Positions 38,310-49,139 of a stretch of DNA of 64,000 nucleotides are shown here, in pieces (positions within the stretch are counted from its first letter, which is position 1; each line of letters opens with the position of its first letter). The stretch comes from Candidatus Microgenomates bacterium (GTDB lineage: Bacteria; Patescibacteriota; Microgenomatia; UBA8517; JACQJR01), in the NCBI GenBank assembly GCA_016204995.1, contig JACQJR010000002.1, positions 2,557-66,556 on the forward strand, in the 5' to 3' direction. The position numbers were made by a program, and so were the translations under genes. Under the pieces are notes generated by a model, which was not told where the DNA came from, searched no databases, and saw only the letters and a program-made list of their open reading frames with translations.

Positions 38310-38783
38310 TTAAGGATTTGTGACTTTGTAGTTACAAGTCAATGTGCAGTCACTACCACAGCCAGACACGCTGCTGCCGCCAGTTTCCAGATAGGCGCAT
38401 AAAGCATAAGTAGTACCATTTGAACTATAAGAATATTTAGAAGTGGGATTTTGCGGATCCTGTGGCACCCCATCTATATAAATATTGGTTGTGGCACAAG
38501 AGGCAGGCGTGCCATCACCTTTAAGCTGGGCTGTGGAACCAAAACTAAGGCTGGTTGGGTAATCACCGCAATCAGCTCTATAAAGATCCAAACCGGAGGC
38601 AATTTTACCCAAATCTCCTTTGCGCTGGGTATCCCGACCTTGCCCCCGCACACCACCCAGGGCGGAAAGTGAAATACCCATAATCACTCCGATGATAGAT
38701 AACACTACTAAAAGCTCAATCAAGGTGAAACCGTGCGAGGCGCGGAATTTTGTAAATTGTAAATTGTAAATTGTAAATTTCAT
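38310..38783 (-). CDS. Type IV pilin-like protein (leader MKFTIYNLQFTKFRASHG|FTLIELL)
   Basis: Start set at the internal ATG at 38781-38783 so that it abuts the stop of the upstream pilin; Cys-rich C-terminal domain. Confidence 0.55.
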   Translation of the reverse strand: MKFTIYNLQFTKFRASHGFTLIELLVVLSIIGVIMGISLSALGGVRGQGRDTQRKGDLGKIASGLDLYRADCGDYPTSLSFGSTAQLKGDGTPASCATTNIYIDGVPQDPQNPTSKYSYSSNGTTYALCAYLETGGSSVSGCGSDCTLTCNYKVTNP

Positions 38784-38785
38784 AC

Positions 38786-39277
38786 CTATATTGGACAATT
38801 GCCCCCACTTTCTTGCCAATTACTGGGTAAACTGCCTTTGCCGCTTTTACCGGTGGAGCACACAAACCAATACTTATTAGCCTCACCCTCTAGCTTGGCG
38901 TATAAATAGTATTTGGTGGCCGTCGCCCCTCCCGAACCATTAGAGTTATAGCGATAATATAAAGTACTGGTGCTATCGGTAGTAGAACTGAGGTCCTCTA
39001 AACATCCGCCTGGTAAATAATTGTTTGGCGTGGTTAAAGCACTACAAAGAGAAGAAATGTCACCGCGATTAACTAATAGTAGAGAAGGGTATAAATTATT
39101 GTTGCCATTGGCATAGGCTTCCACCGCTTTGCGATACTCACTTAAGTCCGATCTTCTTTGTACATCCCTGACCTGTTTTTGAGCAGCGGGATAAACATTC
39201 AAACCAATAGTGGCCAGCACCCCCATAATGCCGATGACCACCAATAGTTCAATAAGAGTGAAGCCTTTTAAGTGCAT
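38786..39277 (-). CDS. Type IV pilin (short canonical leader MHLKG|FTLIELL)
   Basis: Canonical prepilin N-terminus and a C-terminal Cys pair. Confidence 0.65.
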   Translation of the reverse strand: MHLKGFTLIELLVVIGIMGVLATIGLNVYPAAQKQVRDVQRRSDLSEYRKAVEAYANGNNNLYPSLLLVNRGDISSLCSALTTPNNYLPGGCLEDLSSTTDSTSTLYYRYNSNGSGGATATKYYLYAKLEGEANKYWFVCSTGKSGKGSLPSNWQESGGNCPI

Positions 39278-39765
39278 AAGTCGCTTTTAGCTCCGCTGGG
39301 CCCAAAATGCAACTTCCAGAAATTTTTACCCCCGCTGGAACCTGAACTGTGGTAATTCCTGTCCGTCGCTGGTACCTCCCTTTCTAAACGAATCTCTAAA
39401 CAATAATCCTGGCCGTCAGATATATATTGGTAATAATATGGTTCTGTATTTTTAGGATCAGTAGGAACGGCGCTGCCGGGAAGATAAGAACTAAGTCCGC
39501 CTATCCAAGTCGCGCCGGCAATACTGTTACACCAAGAGGTGCATTGAGAACCGATATCTCCAGTTTGCCCGGCATATCTATTTTTATCGGTATAAAATTG
39601 CTGTAAGGCGGCCACTATTTTTCGCCCGTCGTCAATTCGTTGGCTATCACGAGCCTTAGCTAAGGCCCCAGGGAAAGTGTTAATACCCACTGTGGCCAAA
39701 ACGCCCATAATGGCAATGACGACCAGCAGCTCAATTAAGGTAAAACCAGGCAGTATTTTTTTCAT
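39268..39765 (-). CDS. Type IV pilin (leader MKKILPG|FTLIELL)
   Basis: Canonical prepilin N-terminus; candidate major pilin. Confidence 0.65.
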   Translation of the reverse strand: MKKILPGFTLIELLVVIAIMGVLATVGINTFPGALAKARDSQRIDDGRKIVAALQQFYTDKNRYAGQTGDIGSQCTSWCNSIAGATWIGGLSSYLPGSAVPTDPKNTEPYYYQYISDGQDYCLEIRLEREVPATDRNYHSSGSSGGKNFWKLHFGPSGAKSDLCT

Positions 39766-39769
39766 TTTG

Positions 39770-40327
39770 TTACTCCACTTTTAAAAGTTTTTTAACCGGC
39801 TTAATACTTGATGTAATCCCATAATTGCATATTTCCCGACCGCATGCAAGTTGCCATTTTTCAATCTCGGAACTTCTGGCTGGGTCCTGCATCCGTACTA
39901 AATGGGCGAAAATTTGAATATCATAGCCATCTGACAGGTAATAAAAAGAATTGCCCTGTCCTTGGCGGGGATCAAGAGGAATGGGATCAAGGTAGGGCGG
40001 GTAAGTGGGATCGCGCAAATCTACCAGTTTATCAAAACCCCACTCGCACGGCCGAAGATTTTTGGGGTCGCCGCAAGCTAAAATTTTACCATCCTGACTT
40101 CGGGGAAACTTATTAAAATCTTTCTGATATTTTTCCAAAGCATGGACGACGGCACTGGCATTAGCTTTTCTTTGTTCATCTTGAGATTTAACCTTAGAAT
40201 CCTGGAAGTTAAACAAAGCCACCAGTAAAATGGCTATGATAATTCCACAAACTCCCAGAAACTCCGGCAAAGTCATGCCGGAATTAATTGAAAATTGAGA
40301 ATTGAAAATTGAAAATTTATTCACCAA
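39770..40327 (-). CDS. Pilin-like protein (leader (M)VNKFSIFNSQFSINSG|MTLPEFL; TTG/GTG start)
   Basis: G|MTLPE with E5 retained, hydrophobic helix, C-terminal Cys pair. Confidence 0.5.
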   Translation of the reverse strand: MVNKFSIFNSQFSINSGMTLPEFLGVCGIIIAILLVALFNFQDSKVKSQDEQRKANASAVVHALEKYQKDFNKFPRSQDGKILACGDPKNLRPCEWGFDKLVDLRDPTYPPYLDPIPLDPRQGQGNSFYYLSDGYDIQIFAHLVRMQDPARSSEIEKWQLACGREICNYGITSSIKPVKKLLKVE

Positions 40328-40331
40328 TTCA

Positions 40332-41081
40332 TTATAGTCCTACTAACTTACTAATTTCTCCCCCAAAAAGCATCGTCAAAATCGTCCCGATTATCAAAAA
40401 CGGCCCAAAGGGGATCGGCTTGCCAAAATGGGCGCGCTTTACTGCAACCAGTGCTAATCCCACCATCGCCCCCGAAATAAAAGCTACAAAAAAAGCCAAA
40501 TAAGTATTAACTCCTAAAATTAACCCCATCGCAAAGGCCAACTTGACATCTCCCAAACCCATGCCGCGGCCTAAAGTAACCCAATTAACTAGCAGCAAAA
40601 ATAGAGCGGACATGCTGGCCCAGAAGAAATTAATAGAAATCGCAGAAGGAGCAAATAAAATTAAAAATATTAAGTTAAGAGTTAAAAGTGGAAAAAGCAA
40701 CACGTCCGGAATAATCATTTTTTCTATATCCACTACCGCAATGGCGATTAACAAAGTAGCTGTAAGCAACATTATTCCCAAATACCAACCATCATCCCAA
40801 AATTTTAAACCTATGAGTAAAAATACCACTCCTGTCGTAATCTCCAAAAGGGGATAGCGGAGGGAAATTTTTTTATGACACTGGCGGCATCTACCATGCA
40901 AAATCGCATATGAGAGTAGAGGAATATTGTCATACCAGGAAATTTGCTGATGACATTTAGGACAAGCGCTTCTACGCCATAAGTTTTTCCAGGAAAACTT
41001 CGGTTTTGCTACTTCATAAGTCAACGAAGATAAAAAAGAACCAATGACTAACCCCAGTAGAAAAAAAATCAATCCCGCCAT
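40332..41081 (-). CDS. pilD: Prepilin peptidase (A24 family)
   Basis: N-terminal tetra-Cys zinc motif CPKCHQQ ... CRQCHKK; polytopic membrane protein with catalytic Asp region. Confidence 0.8.
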   Translation of the reverse strand: MAGLIFFLLGLVIGSFLSSLTYEVAKPKFSWKNLWRRSACPKCHQQISWYDNIPLLSYAILHGRCRQCHKKISLRYPLLEITTGVVFLLIGLKFWDDGWYLGIMLLTATLLIAIAVVDIEKMIIPDVLLFPLLTLNLIFLILFAPSAISINFFWASMSALFLLLVNWVTLGRGMGLGDVKLAFAMGLILGVNTYLAFFVAFISGAMVGLALVAVKRAHFGKPIPFGPFLIIGTILTMLFGGEISKLVGL

Positions 41082-41096
41082 TAATTCATTGTAGCA

Positions 41097-41624
41097 TTAA
41101 AGCGCGAAGTCTTGCGGACCGGCAACAGGTGGTTGGCAAACTATACCGGATCTATTATCAGCTGACGACCAGACAAAGAAAGTTTGATCAACAGCTGCAG
41201 GCAGGCATCTGGCTCGTTCGGCTTTAGATTCCATTTTGGCATAGACAATCATAAATCTATCAAGCTTAAATCCTTCCCGCGGAACAACACTTTCTCTACT
41301 GCTTTCCGCAAAGCAAAATCCCTGGTCACTGACGGCATCTTGGGCGCACAGTGGCGAATAACCCGGCGAGGATGGATTTTTAACCGGCAAGTCTAATACC
41401 TCTGCCTCCTGTAAAGTCTTGATAAAGCTACCTGCTGGATATACCTTATTTTTTTGGTAAAACTTAGCTAAAGCACCGCCCAGGGCATTAATAGAATCTT
41501 TCCGCTCCGCATCCAACTTCTTTCTATTCTGCTCCGCCGGATCAATCGCCAAGTACGCCGTTATTCCCAAAATAACTACTAACACTATCGCCGCTAACCA
41601 CTCTAATCCTGCTTTCCATCTCAT
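41097..41624 (-). CDS. Pilin-domain protein without a canonical prepilin cleavage motif (pseudopilin-like paralogue)
   Basis: N-terminal TM MRWKAGLEWLAAIVLVVILG. The body (AIDPAEQNRKKLDAERKDSINALGGALAKFY) is homologous to the neighbouring pilin's ALDPAEQLARTRDSSRVTSISDLGKATAAYY. Confidence 0.4.
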   Translation of the reverse strand: MRWKAGLEWLAAIVLVVILGITAYLAIDPAEQNRKKLDAERKDSINALGGALAKFYQKNKVYPAGSFIKTLQEAEVLDLPVKNPSSPGYSPLCAQDAVSDQGFCFAESSRESVVPREGFKLDRFMIVYAKMESKAERARCLPAAVDQTFFVWSSADNRSGIVCQPPVAGPQDFAL

Positions 41625-41642
41625 GCCTACATTATATTACCT

Positions 41643-42200
41643 TTAGGGAATAAATGATAAAGCAAATGGTAACCCTGGCTCTGAACAAGTCACACCAGCT
41701 CTATTTTGGCTAGCTGCCCAAACAAAATATCTAACTCTATTAGCAACAGGTGTACCAGAATCATTACAAAATGTCGTACCCTTACTCTTCTGTGATTTTG
41801 ATTCTAACTTAGCATAAACCACTGCATCGCCGTTACCAGAGCTTGACATATTGTAACAAAAGTTGTTTTGGTTAAAACCCACAGTACAACCAGCATCGCC
41901 GCTGGAATAAGATTGGTTAGTTGGACCTGTCTTAAGTTCTCCTGCATTAATTAGGGTGGTAATCCAAGTAGTATCTGCTGTCGGATAGGCACTTTGATTT
42001 ACATAATAAGCTGCTGTAGCTTTTCCTAAATCACTAATACTGGTAACCCTAGAACTATCGCGAGTACGAGCCAGCTGTTCAGCTGGATCAAGAGCCACCA
42101 ATACCGCTGCCGTTAACACACCCAATACCGCAATCACAATCAAAAGTTCAATTAAGGTAAAACCTCGCTTAATTTTCAATTGTAAATTATCAATTCTCAA
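41643..42200 (-). CDS. Type IV pilin (leader (M)RIDNLQLKIKRG|FTLIELL)
   Basis: Class III signal; C-terminal Cys pair. Confidence 0.6.
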   Translation of the reverse strand: MRIDNLQLKIKRGFTLIELLIVIAVLGVLTAAVLVALDPAEQLARTRDSSRVTSISDLGKATAAYYVNQSAYPTADTTWITTLINAGELKTGPTNQSYSSGDAGCTVGFNQNNFCYNMSSSGNGDAVVYAKLESKSQKSKGTTFCNDSGTPVANRVRYFVWAASQNRAGVTCSEPGLPFALSFIP

Positions 42201-42245
42201 TTATCTGTTCACCTCCTTTTGTTATCTAATTTCATCATGACTTAT

Positions 42246-43448
42246 TTAAAATTGGCTTGTCAAGTTGTAAATGGGCAAAATAATGGCAATCACGAGAATT
42301 CCTACTCCTAAACCTAACACTACCATCACGATGGGCTCAATAGCCGAGGTTAGCGCTTTCACCTGCTGTTCTGAATCCTGTTCGTAAATATGGGAAGTTT
42401 TTTCCAGAATTTCATTTAATTTACCTGTTTCTTCGCCCACGGCGATCATTCTGGTCATCATCGGCGGAAAAGCCTGCGGCTGCTGGCCTAAAGCCCAAGC
42501 TAAAGGAAATCCTTTTTCCACGTCACGGGTGGCCGTTCTAACGCCGGAAGCTAAAATTTCATTACCAACAATTCGCGACACCACCCCCAGCGATTCTAAA
42601 ATAGAGACGCCCGCTCCCACCAGTAGCCCTAAAGTCCGGGTAAATTCCGTCAGCATAATCTGCCGATTCAACGGCCCCATAATAGGAACTTTGAGCATAA
42701 AACCATCCCAGGCTCGTTTGCCCACCGGAGTTTTGCGAAACATCCCCAAACCCCAAATCAGAATAATTATCGCCATCGCCATCAAATACCAAAATTTGGT
42801 CATAAAATGCGACACATTGATTAAAGCGACAGTCACTCCCGGCAGTTTGGCATTAAACTCCTCATAAATTTTAGCCAGCTTGGGCACCACAAAAACCATC
42901 ATCACTGTCACCACCGCCGCCATACCGATAATCACAATCATAGGATAGATGAGGGCGCCTTTCACTTTAGACCGAAACTCCCGCTCTTTTTCCAAATTAT
43001 CAGCCAGCCGGGCCAAAACGGTATCCAAAAGACCGCCGGTTTCCGCCGCCCGCACCAGAGCAATGTAAACTGGCGAAAAAACTTGGGGGTGCTTTTCCAA
43101 GGCCGCCGCCAGCGACGAACCTCCCTCAATATCCATTAAGAGATTGCCGGCAATTTGCGACATGTGTCCGGCCGATTGAGTCCGCAAAATTGATAAAGAC
43201 TCGGTGATAGTGACGCCGGCTGAAATCATGGTGGAAAACTGGCGGGTGAAAGTAGCTACTTCCGAGAGATTGACTTTGCCGCGGAAATTTTTAAGGCCTT
43301 CTAACAGATTTAATCCCGATTCAATTTTGATGACAATTAAACCCTTTTCTCGCAAGACCCGGGCGGCAGCCTCGGCACTGGCAGCTTCCACTTTGCCGAC
43401 CATTTTCTTGCCTTCGGGGTTTCTAGCTTGATAATTAAATTGGCGCAT
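42246..43448 (-). CDS. pilC: Type IV pilus platform protein PilC (GspF family)
   Basis: Two GspF repeats, 3 TM segments, 400 aa. Confidence 0.8.
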   Translation of the reverse strand: MRQFNYQARNPEGKKMVGKVEAASAEAAARVLREKGLIVIKIESGLNLLEGLKNFRGKVNLSEVATFTRQFSTMISAGVTITESLSILRTQSAGHMSQIAGNLLMDIEGGSSLAAALEKHPQVFSPVYIALVRAAETGGLLDTVLARLADNLEKEREFRSKVKGALIYPMIVIIGMAAVVTVMMVFVVPKLAKIYEEFNAKLPGVTVALINVSHFMTKFWYLMAMAIIILIWGLGMFRKTPVGKRAWDGFMLKVPIMGPLNRQIMLTEFTRTLGLLVGAGVSILESLGVVSRIVGNEILASGVRTATRDVEKGFPLAWALGQQPQAFPPMMTRMIAVGEETGKLNEILEKTSHIYEQDSEQQVKALTSAIEPIVMVVLGLGVGILVIAIILPIYNLTSQF

Positions 43449-43453
43449 AAGTT

Positions 43454-44512
43454 TTAAGCCTTGATTAATCTGGTTAAATCTTCGCTGTGGAGCGAGTAAC
43501 TTTGGGCAATTTCCAGAGTGATTTTACCTTCCTTGACCAATTTGGCCAAAGTTGTTTCCAGGCTAATCATGCCGACTTCGCCGGAAGTCTGAATAATAGA
43601 ATCTATCTGATGGGTCTTGCCTTCGCGGACCACCGTCTGAATGGCTGGCGTCCCCAACATCACCTCATAAGCCAGCACCCGTCGGCCATCAATACCCGGC
43701 AGTAAACGTTGGGAAAAAACCCCTTCCAAAACCGAAGACAGCTGTAATTTAATCTGCTCCTGCTGTTCGCGCGGGAAAACATCCACGATCCGATCAATGG
43801 TCTGGGCGGCAGAATTAGTGTGAAGAGTCGCAAAAACTAGATGCCCGGTTTCAGCGATGGTCAAAGCCGAGGAGATAGTCTCCAAGTCCCGCATCTCGCC
43901 CACTAAAACCACGTTAGGATCTTCCCGCAAAACCGATCGTAGAGAAATTCCCCAAGAATGGGTATCCAAAGTCATCTCCCGTTGGGTGATAATTGATTTT
44001 TCCGGCTTAAAAATGAATTCAATAGGGTCTTCAATGGTCACAATATGCTCGGCCCGCTCCTTGTTAATTTCGTTTAAAATGGCAGCCAGAGTGGTAGATT
44101 TGCCATGTCCGGTCGGGCCGGTGACTAGAACAAAACCTTGACGTAAAGTGGCAAAGTTATGACAGATAGAAGGCAAGCCCAGACTATCAATATCGGGAAT
44201 AATGAGAGGCAGGCGGCGAAAAGAAGCGGCCGGCGTGCCGCGTTGAAAATAAGCATTCACCCGGAAGCGAGCCTTTTCCGAAAAAGACAGCGAAAAATCC
44301 AGTTCTTTGTTGACAAAAAAACGCTCGGCCTGTTCGGCGGCCATCACCTGCCGCAGATTTTTTTCTATCTCTTCGGCTGTGATAGGGGACTCGTTCTGAA
44401 CCGGATAAAGCACCCCTTCCACTCGTAAAGTCGGGGGCAAACCCACAATTAAATGAAGGTCTGAAGCGTTACGATCAACTGTTAATTGCAATAATTGTTT
44501 TATCTCCATCAT
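43454..44512 (-). CDS. pilT: Twitching-motility retraction ATPase PilT
   Basis: Walker A GPTGHGKST; Asp box, Walker B and His box of PilT/GspE ATPases; 352 aa. Confidence 0.8.
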   Translation of the reverse strand: MMEIKQLLQLTVDRNASDLHLIVGLPPTLRVEGVLYPVQNESPITAEEIEKNLRQVMAAEQAERFFVNKELDFSLSFSEKARFRVNAYFQRGTPAASFRRLPLIIPDIDSLGLPSICHNFATLRQGFVLVTGPTGHGKSTTLAAILNEINKERAEHIVTIEDPIEFIFKPEKSIITQREMTLDTHSWGISLRSVLREDPNVVLVGEMRDLETISSALTIAETGHLVFATLHTNSAAQTIDRIVDVFPREQQEQIKLQLSSVLEGVFSQRLLPGIDGRRVLAYEVMLGTPAIQTVVREGKTHQIDSIIQTSGEVGMISLETTLAKLVKEGKITLEIAQSYSLHSEDLTRLIKA

Positions 44513-46245
44513 TCTTCTGCTACCCGCAGAACTTCTTCAATCGTCGTTATTCCTTCCACTGCCTTTAAGTATCCATCTTGCTTCATGGTCACCATACCTT
44601 CTTCAATGGCCTGTTTTTGAATTTCCGAAGCAGGCGAGCGCTCCAGAATCAACCGACCGACTTTTTCCGAGACCGGTATTACTTCAAACAATCCCACCCT
44701 GCCAAAATAACCGGTCATGTTACATTCGCTATCTCCTTTGCCGCGAAACAACTCCACCTTTTTATCCGCGGGCAAAAGTTTTCCTAACACTTTTTGAATA
44801 TCGGCCGCAATTGGTTTATCCGGCTCAAACGACTCTTTACAAACTGTGTGAATTTTACGAACCACCCGTTGGGCAAGTATTGCCGTAATGGAAGAAGCCA
44901 GAAGGAATGGCTCGGCACCCATATCTAATAGACGAGGCAGGGCACCGGAGGCGTCATTGGTATGCAATGTCGCAAAAACCAAGTGGCCGGTCAGTGATGC
45001 TTGGATAGCCAGATCGGCCGTTTCGTGATCGCGAATTTCTCCCACCATAATGATATTGGGATCCTGACGCAAAAAAGAGCGTAAACCAGAAGCAAAAGTA
45101 AGTCCTGCGTCCGGATTAACCTGGACTTGATTAATACCGGTAATTTGGTATTCCACCGGATCTTCCAGGGTAACAATATTAACTTTGGGGGTGTTAATCC
45201 TGTTTAAAACTGAATAAAGAGTGGTGGTTTTACCCGAGCCGGTCGGACCGCAGACCAAAATAATGCCGTGCGGTCGCAAAATGGCATCCTCCAGATTTTT
45301 TAAAGCTCGGCCGCGCACTCCCAATTCCGGCAAATCCGGCACCCCGCCGGTTTTTTTCAGAAGTCTCATGACCACTTTTTCCCCATGCACCGTCGGCAGG
45401 GTGGAAATCCGCAAATCCACCTCTTCGGCGCCGGTCTTAAAACTCATCCGGCCGTCCTGCGGCGCCCTTTTTTCATCAATCTTCATACCGGAAAGAATTT
45501 TGATGCGGGATACCAGCGAATCATGCACCTCCCGTGGCAAAGTCAGTTTTTCATGCAGAATTCCGTCAATCCGATAACGAACACGGGTTCTTTTTTCTTC
45601 CGATTCAATATGAATATCCGAAGCTCGCGACTTAACAGCAAATTCCAAAAGGTTGGTGACAATTTTAGCGATTGGCTCTTCCCGAATCACTTGCCCCAAA
45701 GCCCGGACATCGTAAGAACCACTACTTTGAGGCGCCGCCTCTTTGACCGCCTGGCTGACTTCGGTTGAGAGACTACTAGAGTAGCGCTCATTGATTGCTT
45801 TTGTAAGCTGTGAAGGGGCGACGGCCACGACTTTAACTTTATAGCCGGTCCGCTGCTCCGCAAATTCCACGGCCGGCACATCCAAGGGATTGGCCATGGC
45901 CAAAGTCAGTTCACGCCTGGCCTCATCTATTGACACCGGCAAGACCAAAAAACGGCTGGCTACTGCCTGGGGCACTAAAGCCAAAACTTGAGGGTTAGTG
46001 GGAATGTCGGAAATCTCCAGATATGGAATATTGTAAAGAGCGGCTTTAGCTCGGGTAATGGCTGCCTCGCTGGCTAAAGAACGTTGGCTTAAAATTTCTT
46101 CGGGGTTTTGCCCGGTCTGGACTACGGCCAGCTTGACTGCTTCGGCGGCCTTAATATCAAGATCTTTATTGGCCACTAAAATATCGATTAAATTCGGCCC
46201 CGATCCAACCGTGGTCGGCGCAGTGGCAGAGGCAGTGTTGGGCAT
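44509..46245 (-). CDS. pilB: Type IV pilus assembly ATPase PilB (GspE family)
   Basis: N-terminal GSPII domain, Walker A GPTGSGKTT and a tetra-Cys motif; 578 aa. Confidence 0.8.
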   Translation of the reverse strand: MPNTASATAPTTVGSGPNLIDILVANKDLDIKAAEAVKLAVVQTGQNPEEILSQRSLASEAAITRAKAALYNIPYLEISDIPTNPQVLALVPQAVASRFLVLPVSIDEARRELTLAMANPLDVPAVEFAEQRTGYKVKVVAVAPSQLTKAINERYSSSLSTEVSQAVKEAAPQSSGSYDVRALGQVIREEPIAKIVTNLLEFAVKSRASDIHIESEEKRTRVRYRIDGILHEKLTLPREVHDSLVSRIKILSGMKIDEKRAPQDGRMSFKTGAEEVDLRISTLPTVHGEKVVMRLLKKTGGVPDLPELGVRGRALKNLEDAILRPHGIILVCGPTGSGKTTTLYSVLNRINTPKVNIVTLEDPVEYQITGINQVQVNPDAGLTFASGLRSFLRQDPNIIMVGEIRDHETADLAIQASLTGHLVFATLHTNDASGALPRLLDMGAEPFLLASSITAILAQRVVRKIHTVCKESFEPDKPIAADIQKVLGKLLPADKKVELFRGKGDSECNMTGYFGRVGLFEVIPVSEKVGRLILERSPASEIQKQAIEEGMVTMKQDGYLKAVEGITTIEEVLRVAEE

Positions 46246-46288
46246 AGTTCCATTATGTCGTAATTCTTGTTAAAATGTCAATAAAAAC

Positions 46289-46375
46289 ATCTCAAATCTT
46301 AGATCTCAAAACTCAAAACCAAAACGAAAAGATTTAAGATATGGATTTGACATTTGAGATTTACGTTTTGAGTTA
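46289..46375. promoter_or_regulatory. Extended imperfect palindrome in the divergent pilB/holB intergenic region (candidate operator/promoter)
   Basis: ATCTCAAATCTTAGATCTCAAAACTCAAAAC ... ATTTGAGATTTACGTTTTGAGTT; the two arms are reverse complements (AACTCAAAAC/GTTTTGAGTT, ATCTCAAAT/ATTTGAGAT). Confidence 0.4.
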
Positions 46376-46381
46376 ATTACA

Positions 46382-47029
46382 ATGCACGCTTATTTAGTAA
46401 CCGGCAACAACTCTGGCTTAATTAATAAGGAAATTGACGAACTGTTGCGAATTCATCAGGTGGCGCTTACTTATTTACAAACTCTCACCAGCGAAACCAA
46501 TTATGGTATTCGCGAAATTCGCGATATTAATAAATCTCTGGCCATTCAACTGACCAAAAAGGGGGAATTTAGGGCTTTAGTTATTCGCGATGCCCAGTTA
46601 ATGACTACCGAGGCCCAAAATGCCTTTTTGAAAACTCTGGAAGAACCGCCCAGCGACACTATTATTATATTAACAGCCTCGCAAGGCGAGGCCTTGCTGG
46701 AAACTATTGTTTCCCGGTGTCTGGTGATTAATACCATATCACAGTCACCAGACATTAATTTGGCAGAACAAGCAAAAATTTATGAAGAATTGGCTAAGTC
46801 TGATATGGGAGAAAGGGTCAGGATGGCCGAAACTATCGGTAAAAATAGGGAAGAAGCCTTGCAATTTGTAGAGGCGCAACTATCTTTCTTACATCACATG
46901 CTCCACGAGGATACCCTTCAGGCGAACACGAGACCACACCTGTTTCAACAGCTTCTCCAATCCCAGCAAGATTTAACCCATAACGTTAATCCCAAAATGG
47001 TCCTCTTTGAACTGTTTCGCGCGTATTGA
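46382..47029 (+). CDS. holB: DNA polymerase III clamp-loader subunit delta-prime-like (AAA+)
   Basis: ...AQNAFLKTLEEPPSDTIIILTA ... SRCLVIN matches the HolB sensor regions; lacks an intact Walker A, as expected for delta-prime. Confidence 0.5.
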   Translation: MHAYLVTGNNSGLINKEIDELLRIHQVALTYLQTLTSETNYGIREIRDINKSLAIQLTKKGEFRALVIRDAQLMTTEAQNAFLKTLEEPPSDTIIILTASQGEALLETIVSRCLVINTISQSPDINLAEQAKIYEELAKSDMGERVRMAETIGKNREEALQFVEAQLSFLHHMLHEDTLQANTRPHLFQQLLQSQQDLTHNVNPKMVLFELFRAY

Positions 47030-47065
47030 CCCTTGTAATTTGAGCGTGATTTTTGTATAATTTAA

Positions 47066-49060
<1,995 letters not shown>

Positions 49061-49139
49061 ATTTCGCAAGCGCAATCCTGAGCGTAGCCGAAGGGCGAAG
49101 ATGGCTAATTTGGATATTTAGATATATAATTAAAAGGCT

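Noticed and set aside
38751-38778. Short perfect direct repeats (TGTAAAT x4, and similar at 40285-40316) that could be mistaken for a CRISPR array
   Set aside because: The units are 7 bp with no spacers and lie inside pilin coding sequence; this is a microsatellite-like tract, not a CRISPR array.
45221-45768. Plus-strand ORFs of 118 and 127 aa
   Set aside because: Antisense to pilB, which has unambiguous Walker motifs on the minus strand.
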